Below, piece after piece: positions 1 to 8,366 of a stretch of DNA of 64,000 bases; position 1 is the first letter of the stretch; the number at the start of each line of letters is the position of its first letter. The position numbers and the translations under genes were made by a program. Origin of the DNA: Planctomycetota bacterium (GTDB lineage: Bacteria; Planctomycetota; GCA-002687715; CAIWVZ01); assembly GCA_044222185.1 (NCBI GenBank), contig JBGANV010000001.1, positions 1,312,001 through 1,376,000 of the forward strand. Reading direction: 5' to 3'. The notes under the pieces were generated by a model. It saw nothing but the letters and a program-made list of their open reading frames with translations, was not told where the DNA came from and ran no database searches.

Positions 1-1
1 T

Positions 2-1381
2 GCCGAGAACGCGAGTCACCCGTCGCATCCGTTGCTCGGCGGCCACGCTCCCCACGCGTTCCAGACGCCCTACCACCTGGTGGTCGGGCTCTGCTGCCGT
101 TGGACCGGCGCGGGGCCCGTGGCGACGCTCGGCTACGCGGCGATCGCGAACGCACTGCTCCTCGTCTACGCATCCTGGTCGTTCGTCAAACGCACGATGC
201 CGTGGTGGTCGAGCCTGGCGCCGAGGCACGCCGCGAGCGTCTGGTCCCTGTTCCTGGCGGCGACGCTTCTCGCCTGGGCTCCGTCCGCGTGGCGCTACAG
301 CGGCTTCTTCCACGCGTCGAATGCAGCGGCGGTCCTCTCCTACCCGTCGGCATTCGCCACGTCGCTCACGTTCCTGTTGCTGTCAGGCATTCCCGGGATC
401 TGCCGCCAGCCCAGGCCGGTCCAGATGTGTCTTTGGCTTCTCGGCGCGGCGACACTCGTCCTGACTCACCCGATCACCGCCGTTGGATTCGCCGCAGGCG
501 CCGTGGGCCTCGTCGTCGGTGCGCCTGCCCCGATTCCACTGCTGCGACGCGCCCTCCCCCTCGGGCTGCTCGCTCTCTGCGTCCCGCTCTGTTTCCTGTG
601 GCCCTACTTCCCCTTCCTGGATCTCCTCCGCACGGGGACGGCCGCCTTCCACACGGAGAACCGGGACCTCTACGTCGAACCGCTCGCTCGACTCGGCCCC
701 GCGCTCGTGGGGATCCTGCCGCTCGCCCTGGCCGTCCGGCGTCAGGGCCTCACTCACGCGGGCCTGGTTGCGCTCGCGCTGCTCCTCGCGCTCTACGTTC
801 TCGCGTGGGCCACGGAGCGATGGGCCTACGGACGGGTGATCGCGGCCATGGCCAACGTCAGCCATCTGGCGATCGCTGCGGGGCTGGTCGGAGCCATGGC
901 TCGACTCGGAGAGCGTCGGCCCGGGCTGCAACGCGCAGCGGCCTTGCTGCTCGCGGCCGCGGCCATGCTGCAATGCTGGGGCCACCGATTCGCGATGCAG
1001 ACGTTCACCCTCCAGGCGCCACCGGTCATCGAGCGCCTCGCGAAGCTCAAGGACCACGTCGGTCACGACGACGTGATCCTCGCCGACCTGGACCTCTCGC
1101 GATTGATCCCAGCGATCACGGGGCACGTCGTCGCCACGCCGAACCCGTTGGCCTTCGTCACGGACGAGGCGGATCGGCGCCAGGAGATCCGGACGTTCTT
1201 CGCCAAATCGACGCCGCCCGCCGCGCGCGCCGAGATCGTGCGACGCCGGTCGCCCGCCTGGATCCTCCTCGATCGCCGTGCGGCAGCCCCGACGAACGCG
1301 ATCATCCGGCAGTTCTCCGGCTCGAAGCCGCCGATCGCGATCACCGAGAATCTCGTACTCGTGTCCGTCGGCACCACGTAG
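2..1381 (+). CDS. Polytopic membrane protein, probable GT-C-type glycosyltransferase (5' truncated by window edge)
   Basis: Frame open from position 2; about 10 hydrophobic segments followed by a soluble C-terminal domain (VILADLDLSRLIPAITG...WILLDR) typical of GT-C-like membrane glycosyltransferases. Confidence 0.6.
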   Translation, partial: AENASHPSHPLLGGHAPHAFQTPYHLVVGLCCRWTGAGPVATLGYAAIANALLLVYASWSFVKRTMPWWSSLAPRHAASVWSLFLAATLLAWAPSAWRYSGFFHASNAAAVLSYPSAFATSLTFLLLSGIPGICRQPRPVQMCLWLLGAATLVLTHPITAVGFAAGAVGLVVGAPAPIPLLRRALPLGLLALCVPLCFLWPYFPFLDLLRTGTAAFHTENRDLYVEPLARLGPALVGILPLALAVRRQGLTHAGLVALALLLALYVLAWATERWAYGRVIAAMANVSHLAIAAGLVGAMARLGERRPGLQRAAALLLAAAAMLQCWGHRFAMQTFTLQAPPVIERLAKLKDHVGHDDVILADLDLSRLIPAITGHVVATPNPLAFVTDEADRRQEIRTFFAKSTPPAARAEIVRRRSPAWILLDRRAAAPTNAIIRQFSGSKPPIAITENLVLVSVGTT

Positions 1382-1498
1382 ACGCGTCCCCCATCGATCC
1401 ACCGAAGACCGGTCGACGTCGCGCGCCGTACATGTGACCATCGGGTCACCTATTTTCGAACCGCGCTCGGCGGAACCGACACACGAGGAGCACGAGCC

Positions 1499-2071
1499 AT
1501 GGCGAAGACGCGTTCCCAAAGCCGCACGAAGACGTTCCGAAAGCCGCGCAAGGCCAGGTCCACGCCGCAGCCCGAGTCCGGGTGCGCCCCCTCGGCGCTG
1601 GGTTCGATCGCCGGGAAGTCCGCGACGCTCTCGGCCAGTCGGATCGAGGTCGCCGTGGAAGCTCCCATCGAGCGCGTCTGGAAGGGGCTCGTGCAGGAAA
1701 CGACGGTATGGTGGCGGAAGGACTTCTACACGTCCCCGACGACCAGAAGCTTCACCATCGAACCCACGGTCGGCGGGCGCGCCTTCGAGGATTACGGGAA
1801 CGGGGGCGGGGCCTTGTGGTTCACGGTGATCGCCATCGACCCGCCTCACCTCCTCGAGCTCGCCGGACACCTCTCCCCGCGCTTCGGCGGACCGCTGACG
1901 TCCGTGACGACCTTCGCGTTGCGCACCGAGGGGAAGCGAACGATCGTGGAGGTCAGTGATGCGGGCGTCGGCTGGGTGAAGTCCAACCGCGACGCCGCGA
2001 TCACGGAGGGCTGGCGCCTCCTCGTCGAAGACGGGCTCAAGGCGTGGGTCGAGGACGGCCACCGCGCGTGA
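1499..2071 (+). CDS. SRPBCC/AHSA1-like ligand-binding protein
   Basis: IEVAVEAPIERVWKGL...WW...GW motifs; GAGGAG RBS upstream; coupled to an ArsR gene. Confidence 0.85.
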   Translation: MAKTRSQSRTKTFRKPRKARSTPQPESGCAPSALGSIAGKSATLSASRIEVAVEAPIERVWKGLVQETTVWWRKDFYTSPTTRSFTIEPTVGGRAFEDYGNGGGALWFTVIAIDPPHLLELAGHLSPRFGGPLTSVTTFALRTEGKRTIVEVSDAGVGWVKSNRDAAITEGWRLLVEDGLKAWVEDGHRA

Positions 2072-2409
2072 CGCTCACGCCGCGACGCCGTGCGCCGGCC
2101 GACGATCGGATCTGGAAGGCCCTCGCCGATCCGACGCGTCGCCGGATCCTCGACGCGCTGCGCGAGCGGCCCCGTACGACGGGTGAGCTCTCGAGCCTTC
2201 ACCGACGGCTTTCGCGATTCGCCGTGATGAAGCACCTCCGAGTGCTCGAGCGCGCCGGTCTTGTTTCCGTCGAATGGATGGGACGCGAGCGGTGGAATCA
2301 CCTGAACCCGCTGCCGATCCAGCAGATTCACGACCGTTGGGTGAGCCGCCACATCGAGCCCCTCGCCGCGAACGTCGCCGCGCTGGCGCGCCACCTGCGG
2401 ACGCGATGA
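2068..2409 (+). CDS. ArsR/SmtB family transcriptional regulator
   Basis: IWKALADPTRRRILDALRERP...SRFAVMKHLRVLERAGLV; GTGA start/stop overlap with the upstream gene. Confidence 0.9.
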   Translation: MTLTPRRRAPADDRIWKALADPTRRRILDALRERPRTTGELSSLHRRLSRFAVMKHLRVLERAGLVSVEWMGRERWNHLNPLPIQQIHDRWVSRHIEPLAANVAALARHLRTR

Positions 2410-2427
2410 ACGCCTGACTCTGTTCGC

Positions 2428-3768
2428 CTATGGCTCCAAGCCACGCGCGCGGCACGCCGCGAGCACGCGAACCTCGACGGCCTCCGCCGACAGCCCCGTC
2501 CGTCGTGCGATCGACGCCACGTCCTCGTATTCGGGTCGCACGCGGATCACGCGACCGTCCCAACGACCGACCTTCACGCGGCAGGTCCCCAGGTCGCATT
2601 CGATCGACACGATCTCGCGATCGAGGACCGTGCGGTCGCTCTCCCGATGGCGGAACCCGAACGTGGTGCTGTGGTGGAAGATCACGTCCCGAATCGCATC
2701 GGCGCGGTCCGGTGCGTGGAGGACCGTGACGCGGTGGCCGGGCCGGTTCTTCTTCATCTGCACGGCATGCATGGAGACGTCGAGCGCGCCTTCGGCCTCC
2801 AGGCGCTCGCGCAGGAATCCCAGGGCTTCGGATCGCATGTCGTCCACCTCGAACTCGGCGACGCGGACGGTGGTCGGTGCACCAGCCGCGCGAGGAGCGC
2901 GATCGTCAGCCTCTCCGAGCGTCACGCGAAGGACGTTCGGCAACGCGTCCCAATCCGAGCTGCCGGCGCCGAAGCCCGTCGCGAGCGCCCGGTGAAGCGG
3001 CGGCGCAACCCAATCGGTCACCAACGTCTTCAACAGCGCGGCGCCGGTGGGAGTCAGGAGCTCGGCCTCGATGGCACCCGGACGTGCCGGAATCCCCATC
3101 AGCAGATGGAGCGTCGCGGGCGCTGGCACGGGCACGATCCCATGTGCACAGCGCACCGAGCCGAAGCCCGTCGTGACCGAACTGCAGAACACGCGCTCCA
3201 CGCCGAGAAGCCAGAGCCCCATGACGGTCGAACAGATGTCGACGACGGCGTCGACCGCGCCCACCTCGTGGAAGTGGACGGACTCGGGCGTCATGCCGTG
3301 GACGCGAGCCTCCGCCGCAGCGAGTGCGCGGAACACGTCGGACGCGCGGGCCTTGACGGGTTGCGGGAGGCCGGACCGATCGATGATCGACAGGATCTCC
3401 CCGGGCGTCCGTCCGTGCTCGTGGAGGTGGGGGTGGTGCGGCGCATGCGAGCTTGCGTCGTCGTGATGATGCTGATGCCCGTGATCGTGGTCGTGGTCGT
3501 GATGATGCCGATCGCCGTGCCGATGCCCGTGTGCGTCGGCGGTCAGATATCCCTCCTCGCCGCCTCCCAACGCGTCGAGGTGCACGTGCACCTTCGTGGC
3601 CGCGATGGCCCCTCGCCGCGTCTTCTCGTAGGACAGTCTCCAGCCCGGGAGCGGCAACGTGCGCAGCGCCTGTTCGACTTCCGCGACGGACACCCCCAGA
3701 TCGGCGAGCGCCCCGAAGAACATGTCGCCGGAGGCGCCAGCGAAGGCTTCGACGAACAGGAATCTCAT
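2428..3768 (-). CDS. larC: Nickel-pincer cofactor biosynthesis protein LarC (nickel insertase)
   Basis: FAGASGDMFFGAL, His-rich insert, VHFHEVGAVDAVVD, CAHGIVPVPAPAT, ELLTPTGAA, MKKNRPG, PEYED. Confidence 0.93.
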   Translation of the reverse strand: MRFLFVEAFAGASGDMFFGALADLGVSVAEVEQALRTLPLPGWRLSYEKTRRGAIAATKVHVHLDALGGGEEGYLTADAHGHRHGDRHHHDHDHDHGHQHHHDDASSHAPHHPHLHEHGRTPGEILSIIDRSGLPQPVKARASDVFRALAAAEARVHGMTPESVHFHEVGAVDAVVDICSTVMGLWLLGVERVFCSSVTTGFGSVRCAHGIVPVPAPATLHLLMGIPARPGAIEAELLTPTGAALLKTLVTDWVAPPLHRALATGFGAGSSDWDALPNVLRVTLGEADDRAPRAAGAPTTVRVAEFEVDDMRSEALGFLRERLEAEGALDVSMHAVQMKKNRPGHRVTVLHAPDRADAIRDVIFHHSTTFGFRHRESDRTVLDREIVSIECDLGTCRVKVGRWDGRVIRVRPEYEDVASIARRTGLSAEAVEVRVLAACRARGLEP

Positions 3769-4562
3769 GAGCCAGTCCTCTTGCGCACGATGATGGCCGT
3801 GCCGATCGACGCTTCGAGTCGCTCGGCCGCATGGCCGTCGCGCACGCCGATCTCCAGATGACCCGTGCTGCCGACGTAGGCCAGCAGGGCTCCGGGTTCG
3901 GCGTCACTGTAGCTCCGCGAAAGCCCCACGATGAACGAACGACCCGTGTCCACCGTGACGGCCGTGGGCGCCGCGAAGGCCGACAGGCTCGCGTCGTCGA
4001 TCGTCGTGACGAGATTGCCGAAGGGATCGATGTACACGACGCGTCCTTCGATGGCACTCTTCGAGACGCGACACTCCGCACCGTCGAGCTGCACGGGATC
4101 CGTCAGGACGACGCCCGCGTCGGCCGAACGAGCCCCCAGGGCCAATGCGGCAGCTGCAGGGGCAAAGCGCGACCGCCCTTCGAACGTCGCCGAGACCTCT
4201 GGCAGGAACCACGCGGGGTTGGCGAGCTCTCGGACGACGCATCGGGGCCAGCTCCGCAACAGCCCGGTGACGAGGCCGTTGTCGGGCGCGATCACAAAAG
4301 GCCCATCCGGATGCTCGACGAGGAGTCGCCGGCGCGCACTCCCGACGCCCGGATCGACGACGCAGACGAAGATCGACTCCGGCGGGAAGTACGTGATCGC
4401 GCTTCGCAGCACGTAGCCGGCCTGCAGAATCCCCCCCGGCGTGATGTGGTGGTCCAGGTCCACGATGGTGGCACCGGGCGCGCGCGCCAGGATGACGCCC
4501 TTCATGACGCCTTGGAAGTAACCGTCCCCGAAGTCGGTGAGGAGCACGATCGGCGCTCGCAT
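3765..4562 (-). CDS. SAM hydroxide adenosyltransferase / chlorinase-fluorinase family (DUF62)
   Basis: LLTDFG, VVDPGVGS.R, APDNGL, SATFEGRSRFAP, YIDPFGNLVT motifs; ATGA overlap with larC. Confidence 0.92.
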   Translation of the reverse strand: MRAPIVLLTDFGDGYFQGVMKGVILARAPGATIVDLDHHITPGGILQAGYVLRSAITYFPPESIFVCVVDPGVGSARRRLLVEHPDGPFVIAPDNGLVTGLLRSWPRCVVRELANPAWFLPEVSATFEGRSRFAPAAAALALGARSADAGVVLTDPVQLDGAECRVSKSAIEGRVVYIDPFGNLVTTIDDASLSAFAAPTAVTVDTGRSFIVGLSRSYSDAEPGALLAYVGSTGHLEIGVRDGHAAERLEASIGTAIIVRKRTGS

Positions 4563-4625
4563 GGCCCGGGTTCTACCACAGGCCGAGGCTTGCCACGCGG
4601 CTCGCGGACGCCGATCATCGGCGCC

Positions 4626-7600
4626 ATGCGCCCATCGCTCCGGCTCGCTCTCGGCGTCTGTCTGACCGCATTCACCCTCGTTCCGATCGTGGCCCAGGAG
4701 TCGCGGCCGTCGGTCGCGACGCGCCCCGAGTCGTTCCCTGCCGCGCCCGACAAGGGGTGGGACGTTCGCACCTTCTACGCGCCGTCGAAGGACGTGAACT
4801 TCACGACGACCGAAGGCACGTGGATCGACGTCGACGTGTCGCCGGACGGCCGCACGCTGGCGTTCGATCTCCTCGGGGACGTGTACACGCTGCCCATCGA
4901 AGGCGGCAAGGCGACCTGCATCCGCTCCGGACCTGCGTTCGACTGCCAGCCTCGCTACGCGCCCGATGGCAAATCGATCGTGTACACGTCGGACCAGGGC
5001 GGCGGCGACAACGTCTGGGTCATGGATCCCGACGGCGCCAACGCGCGACAGATCACCAAGGAGTCGTACCGGCTCCTCAACTCACCGTGCGTCTCGCCGG
5101 ACGGCCGATTCGTCGCCGCGCGGAAGCACTTCACGTCGCAGCGCTCGCTCGGCGCGGGAGAGGTGTGGCTCTACGCCCTCTCCGGCGGCGATGGCGTGCC
5201 TCTCACCACCAAGCGCAACGACCAGATGGACGCAGGAGAACCCGAGTTCTCACCGGACGGGCGCTTCCTCTACTACTCCGAGGACACGAGTCCCGGCGCA
5301 TCCTTCGAGTACAACAAGGATCCCAACGCCGGCATCTACGCCATCAACCGGGTCGACCTGAAGACTGGCGAGAAGATCGTGGCCGTCGGCGGACCCGGCG
5401 GCGCGATCCGCCCCAAGATCTCGCCCGACGGGAAGTCGATCGCCTACGTGCATCGGAGCCGCGCGAAGACGGTCCTCATGCTCCACGACATCGCCAGCGG
5501 CGCGGACACGACGGTGTTCGAGGGGCTGAGCAAGGACCAGCAGGAGACCTGGGCGATCTTCGGAGTTCATCCGCATTTCGCGTGGATGCCGGACGGGGCG
5601 TCGCTCGTCGTGTCGGCGCAGGGCCACCTGTGGCGCATCGACGCGCGGACCGGCGCAGCGCGGATGATCCCCTTCGAGGCCGACGTCAAGCAGACGATCG
5701 CGGCGACCGTCCGCGTCCGGCCGGAGTTCGGCGGCGACACGTTCCGCGTCCACGAGGTGCGCTGGCCGTCCGTGAGCGAGAAGGGCATCCTGTGCCAGGC
5801 TCTCGGTGGGATCCGCTACCTGCCGAATGGCGCGACGAATCCCACTCCCGTCGCGGTTCGAACCGGCGGGGGTTTCTCGTTCATGCCGGCGTGGTCGCCC
5901 GACGCTTCGAGCTTCGCCTTCGTGTCGTGGGACGACCAGGAGGCCGGCGCCTTGTGGGTCACTGGCGCGCCGGCCGCCGACGGCACCACGGGCCCGCCCC
6001 GCAAGCTGACGTCGGAGCCTGGCCATTACGCCAACCCATCCTGGTCGAGCGACGGACGGTGGATCGTGTTCGAGAAGCTCGGCGGCGATGCCTATCGCGG
6101 CCGTCGATGGAGCAACAAGCCGGGGATCTACCGCGTTCCGGCGGACGGGTCGGCGCCCGCGGAGTTCGTGACCGACCGCGGCTCCCGTCCACGGTTCCAC
6201 GACAAGGATCGTCGCCTGCTTCTGCAGGATCGTGAAGGAGAGGGCGCAGCCCTCGTGAGCACATCTCTCGAGGGACAAGACCGCCACACGCTCGCCACGT
6301 CCGCGCGCGCGACGGAGTTCGCATTGTCACCGGACGAGCGCATGCTCGCATTCACGGAGTTGTGGCAGACGTACGTCTGCAGGCTGCCGGCCACGGGCCG
6401 AGCCGTCGGCGTTTCACCGGGCATGGGAAACCTGCCCTGCGTGAAGGTGAGCCGAGATGCGGGCGAGTTCCTCTCGTGGTCGAAGGACGGAACGAAGCTC
6501 TACCATCACCTGGGAAGCACGCTCAGCGAGACGGACGTGACGGCCTTGTTCCCCGACAGGAAACCGGAGAGCCCGCCGACGCAGCAGGTCTGGGAACGAA
6601 ACCGCACGATCGAGCTGGGATTCGATGGGAAGGCCGACGTGCCGTCGAGCACGGTCGCGTTCGTCCACGCGAGGATCATCACGCTCGAGGGCGACCAGGT
6701 GATCGAGGACGGAACGGTCGTGATCCGCGGGAACCGGATCGAGGCCGTCGGGCCGTCGGCGTCGACCGCAGCGCCCGCTGGATCGCAGGTCATCGATGCG
6801 AAGGGCAAGACGATCGCACCGGGATTCGTCGACATTCACTCGCACATGTGGGCGAGCAGCGGTGGGCTCATGCCGCAGAGCTACTGGCCTTATCTCGCGA
6901 ACCTCGCGTTCGGCGTGACGACGACCCACGACCCGAGCAACGACACGAAGTTCGTCTTCGCCATGTCGGAGCTGCAGAAGGCCGGGACGGTCCTCGGCCC
7001 GCGAATCTTCAGCACCGGCACGATCCTCTACGGCGCCGAGGGCAACTTCAAAGCCGTCGTCGACAGTTTGGAGGATGCGCGATCGCATTTGCGCCGCGTG
7101 AAGGCGCACGGTGCGTGGTCCGTAAAGTCCTACAACCAGCCCCGGCGTGAGCAACGGCAGCAGATCCTGCAAGCGGCTCGCGAGCTTCAGATGAACGTCG
7201 TCCCCGAGGGCGGATCGACGCTCCCCTACAACCTCACGCACGTGATGGATGGTCACACGACGGTCGAGCACGCGCTGCCCGTGGCACCGCTGCGCGAAGA
7301 CGTCCTGCGCCTCTTCGCCGCGAGCGGCACGGGTTACACGCCCACGCTGATCGTCGGCTACGGCGGAATCTGGGGCGAGAACTACTGGTACCAGAAGACG
7401 AACGTGTGGGAGAACGAACACCTCCTGACGTTCGTCCCCCGCTCCGTCGTCGACAGTCGCTCGCGTCGGCGCACCATGGCGCCTGACGACGAGTTCAACC
7501 ACTTCGAGCTCGCGAAGTCGGCCGCCGAGCTTCACCGGCGCGGCGTTTCAGCGGCCATCGGGTCGCATGGTCAGCTCCAGGGCCTGGGCGCGCACTGGGA

Positions 7601-7940
7601 GATCATGATGTTCGGCCAGGGCGGGCTCCCACCGCTCGAATGCCTGCGCGTGGCGTCCATGGGCGGGGCACGCTCGCTCGGCATCGATCAGCTCGTCGGC
7701 TCGTTGAAGTCCGGCAAGCTCGCCGACCTCGCGGTGTTCGACAAGAACCCCCTCGACGACATCGCGAACATCGGATCGATCAGCGGCGTCATGGTGAACG
7801 GCCGCCTCTACGATGCCCGGACGCTCGACTCGATCGCGCCCGCGGCTGGCAAACGCCGGCCCGGGCCCGCACTCACGACGCTCGGCGACGGAATCAGCGA
7901 CTCGACGTCATGCTGCGGCGACCAGGATGTGGTGAGGTGA
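4626..7940 (+). CDS. Secreted amidohydrolase with N-terminal TolB-like (PD40) beta-propellers
   Basis: Signal peptide MRPSLRLAL...VAQ; repeated SPDG motifs; PGFVDIHSH metal site; GKLADL near the C-terminus. Confidence 0.9.
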   Translation: MRPSLRLALGVCLTAFTLVPIVAQESRPSVATRPESFPAAPDKGWDVRTFYAPSKDVNFTTTEGTWIDVDVSPDGRTLAFDLLGDVYTLPIEGGKATCIRSGPAFDCQPRYAPDGKSIVYTSDQGGGDNVWVMDPDGANARQITKESYRLLNSPCVSPDGRFVAARKHFTSQRSLGAGEVWLYALSGGDGVPLTTKRNDQMDAGEPEFSPDGRFLYYSEDTSPGASFEYNKDPNAGIYAINRVDLKTGEKIVAVGGPGGAIRPKISPDGKSIAYVHRSRAKTVLMLHDIASGADTTVFEGLSKDQQETWAIFGVHPHFAWMPDGASLVVSAQGHLWRIDARTGAARMIPFEADVKQTIAATVRVRPEFGGDTFRVHEVRWPSVSEKGILCQALGGIRYLPNGATNPTPVAVRTGGGFSFMPAWSPDASSFAFVSWDDQEAGALWVTGAPAADGTTGPPRKLTSEPGHYANPSWSSDGRWIVFEKLGGDAYRGRRWSNKPGIYRVPADGSAPAEFVTDRGSRPRFHDKDRRLLLQDREGEGAALVSTSLEGQDRHTLATSARATEFALSPDERMLAFTELWQTYVCRLPATGRAVGVSPGMGNLPCVKVSRDAGEFLSWSKDGTKLYHHLGSTLSETDVTALFPDRKPESPPTQQVWERNRTIELGFDGKADVPSSTVAFVHARIITLEGDQVIEDGTVVIRGNRIEAVGPSASTAAPAGSQVIDAKGKTIAPGFVDIHSHMWASSGGLMPQSYWPYLANLAFGVTTTHDPSNDTKFVFAMSELQKAGTVLGPRIFSTGTILYGAEGNFKAVVDSLEDARSHLRRVKAHGAWSVKSYNQPRREQRQQILQAARELQMNVVPEGGSTLPYNLTHVMDGHTTVEHALPVAPLREDVLRLFAASGTGYTPTLIVGYGGIWGENYWYQKTNVWENEHLLTFVPRSVVDSRSRRRTMAPDDEFNHFELAKSAAELHRRGVSAAIGSHGQLQGLGAHWEIMMFGQGGLPPLECLRVASMGGARSLGIDQLVGSLKSGKLADLAVFDKNPLDDIANIGSISGVMVNGRLYDARTLDSIAPAAGKRRPGPALTTLGDGISDSTSCCGDQDVVR

Positions 7941-8366
7941 GCCGGTCGGGCCAATGGGTTAGTCGCTCCAGCATCGACGCCGGCGGACTGAGGGCCGCGG
8001 AGCGACGGCACGCGCTGGACGAGGCCACTCGCGGCCACCTCGCCTGCCGGGGCTCGGGAGGCAGCTCGGGCTCCTGCTCAACCAACGTCGAAGGGACGTC
8101 CTCTCCGAAAGCACCCGACGCGCGTAGGATCGTGGCGATCTCCCCGCCTTCGTTGCCGCATGGGGCGTAGTCGAGCGGGCAGTCTCTCCAGCCGATTCCG
8201 CCGCATCGATGTGGTCGTCACTAACGTAGATTCCTGCGCTGCGACGGCTGGGGGCCCTCATAGGTCTGCGGAGTTCGGAAACAGCGCTATGCTTGCGGCC
8301 CGTTCCGCCGATTACCGTGAGTTCAATTTGCGTTCGTCGTGGTCGATTCTCAGCGGGAGCACTCCG

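Noticed and set aside
3831-4625. N-terminal extension of the amidohydrolase ORF
   Set aside because: Overlaps the DUF62 gene on the opposite strand; the signal peptide starts at 4626
8000-8200. Possible IS91-like transposase C-terminal remnant (PLDYAPCG...IATIL...PPEPRQARWP on the minus strand)
   Set aside because: Similarity too weak to support without a search
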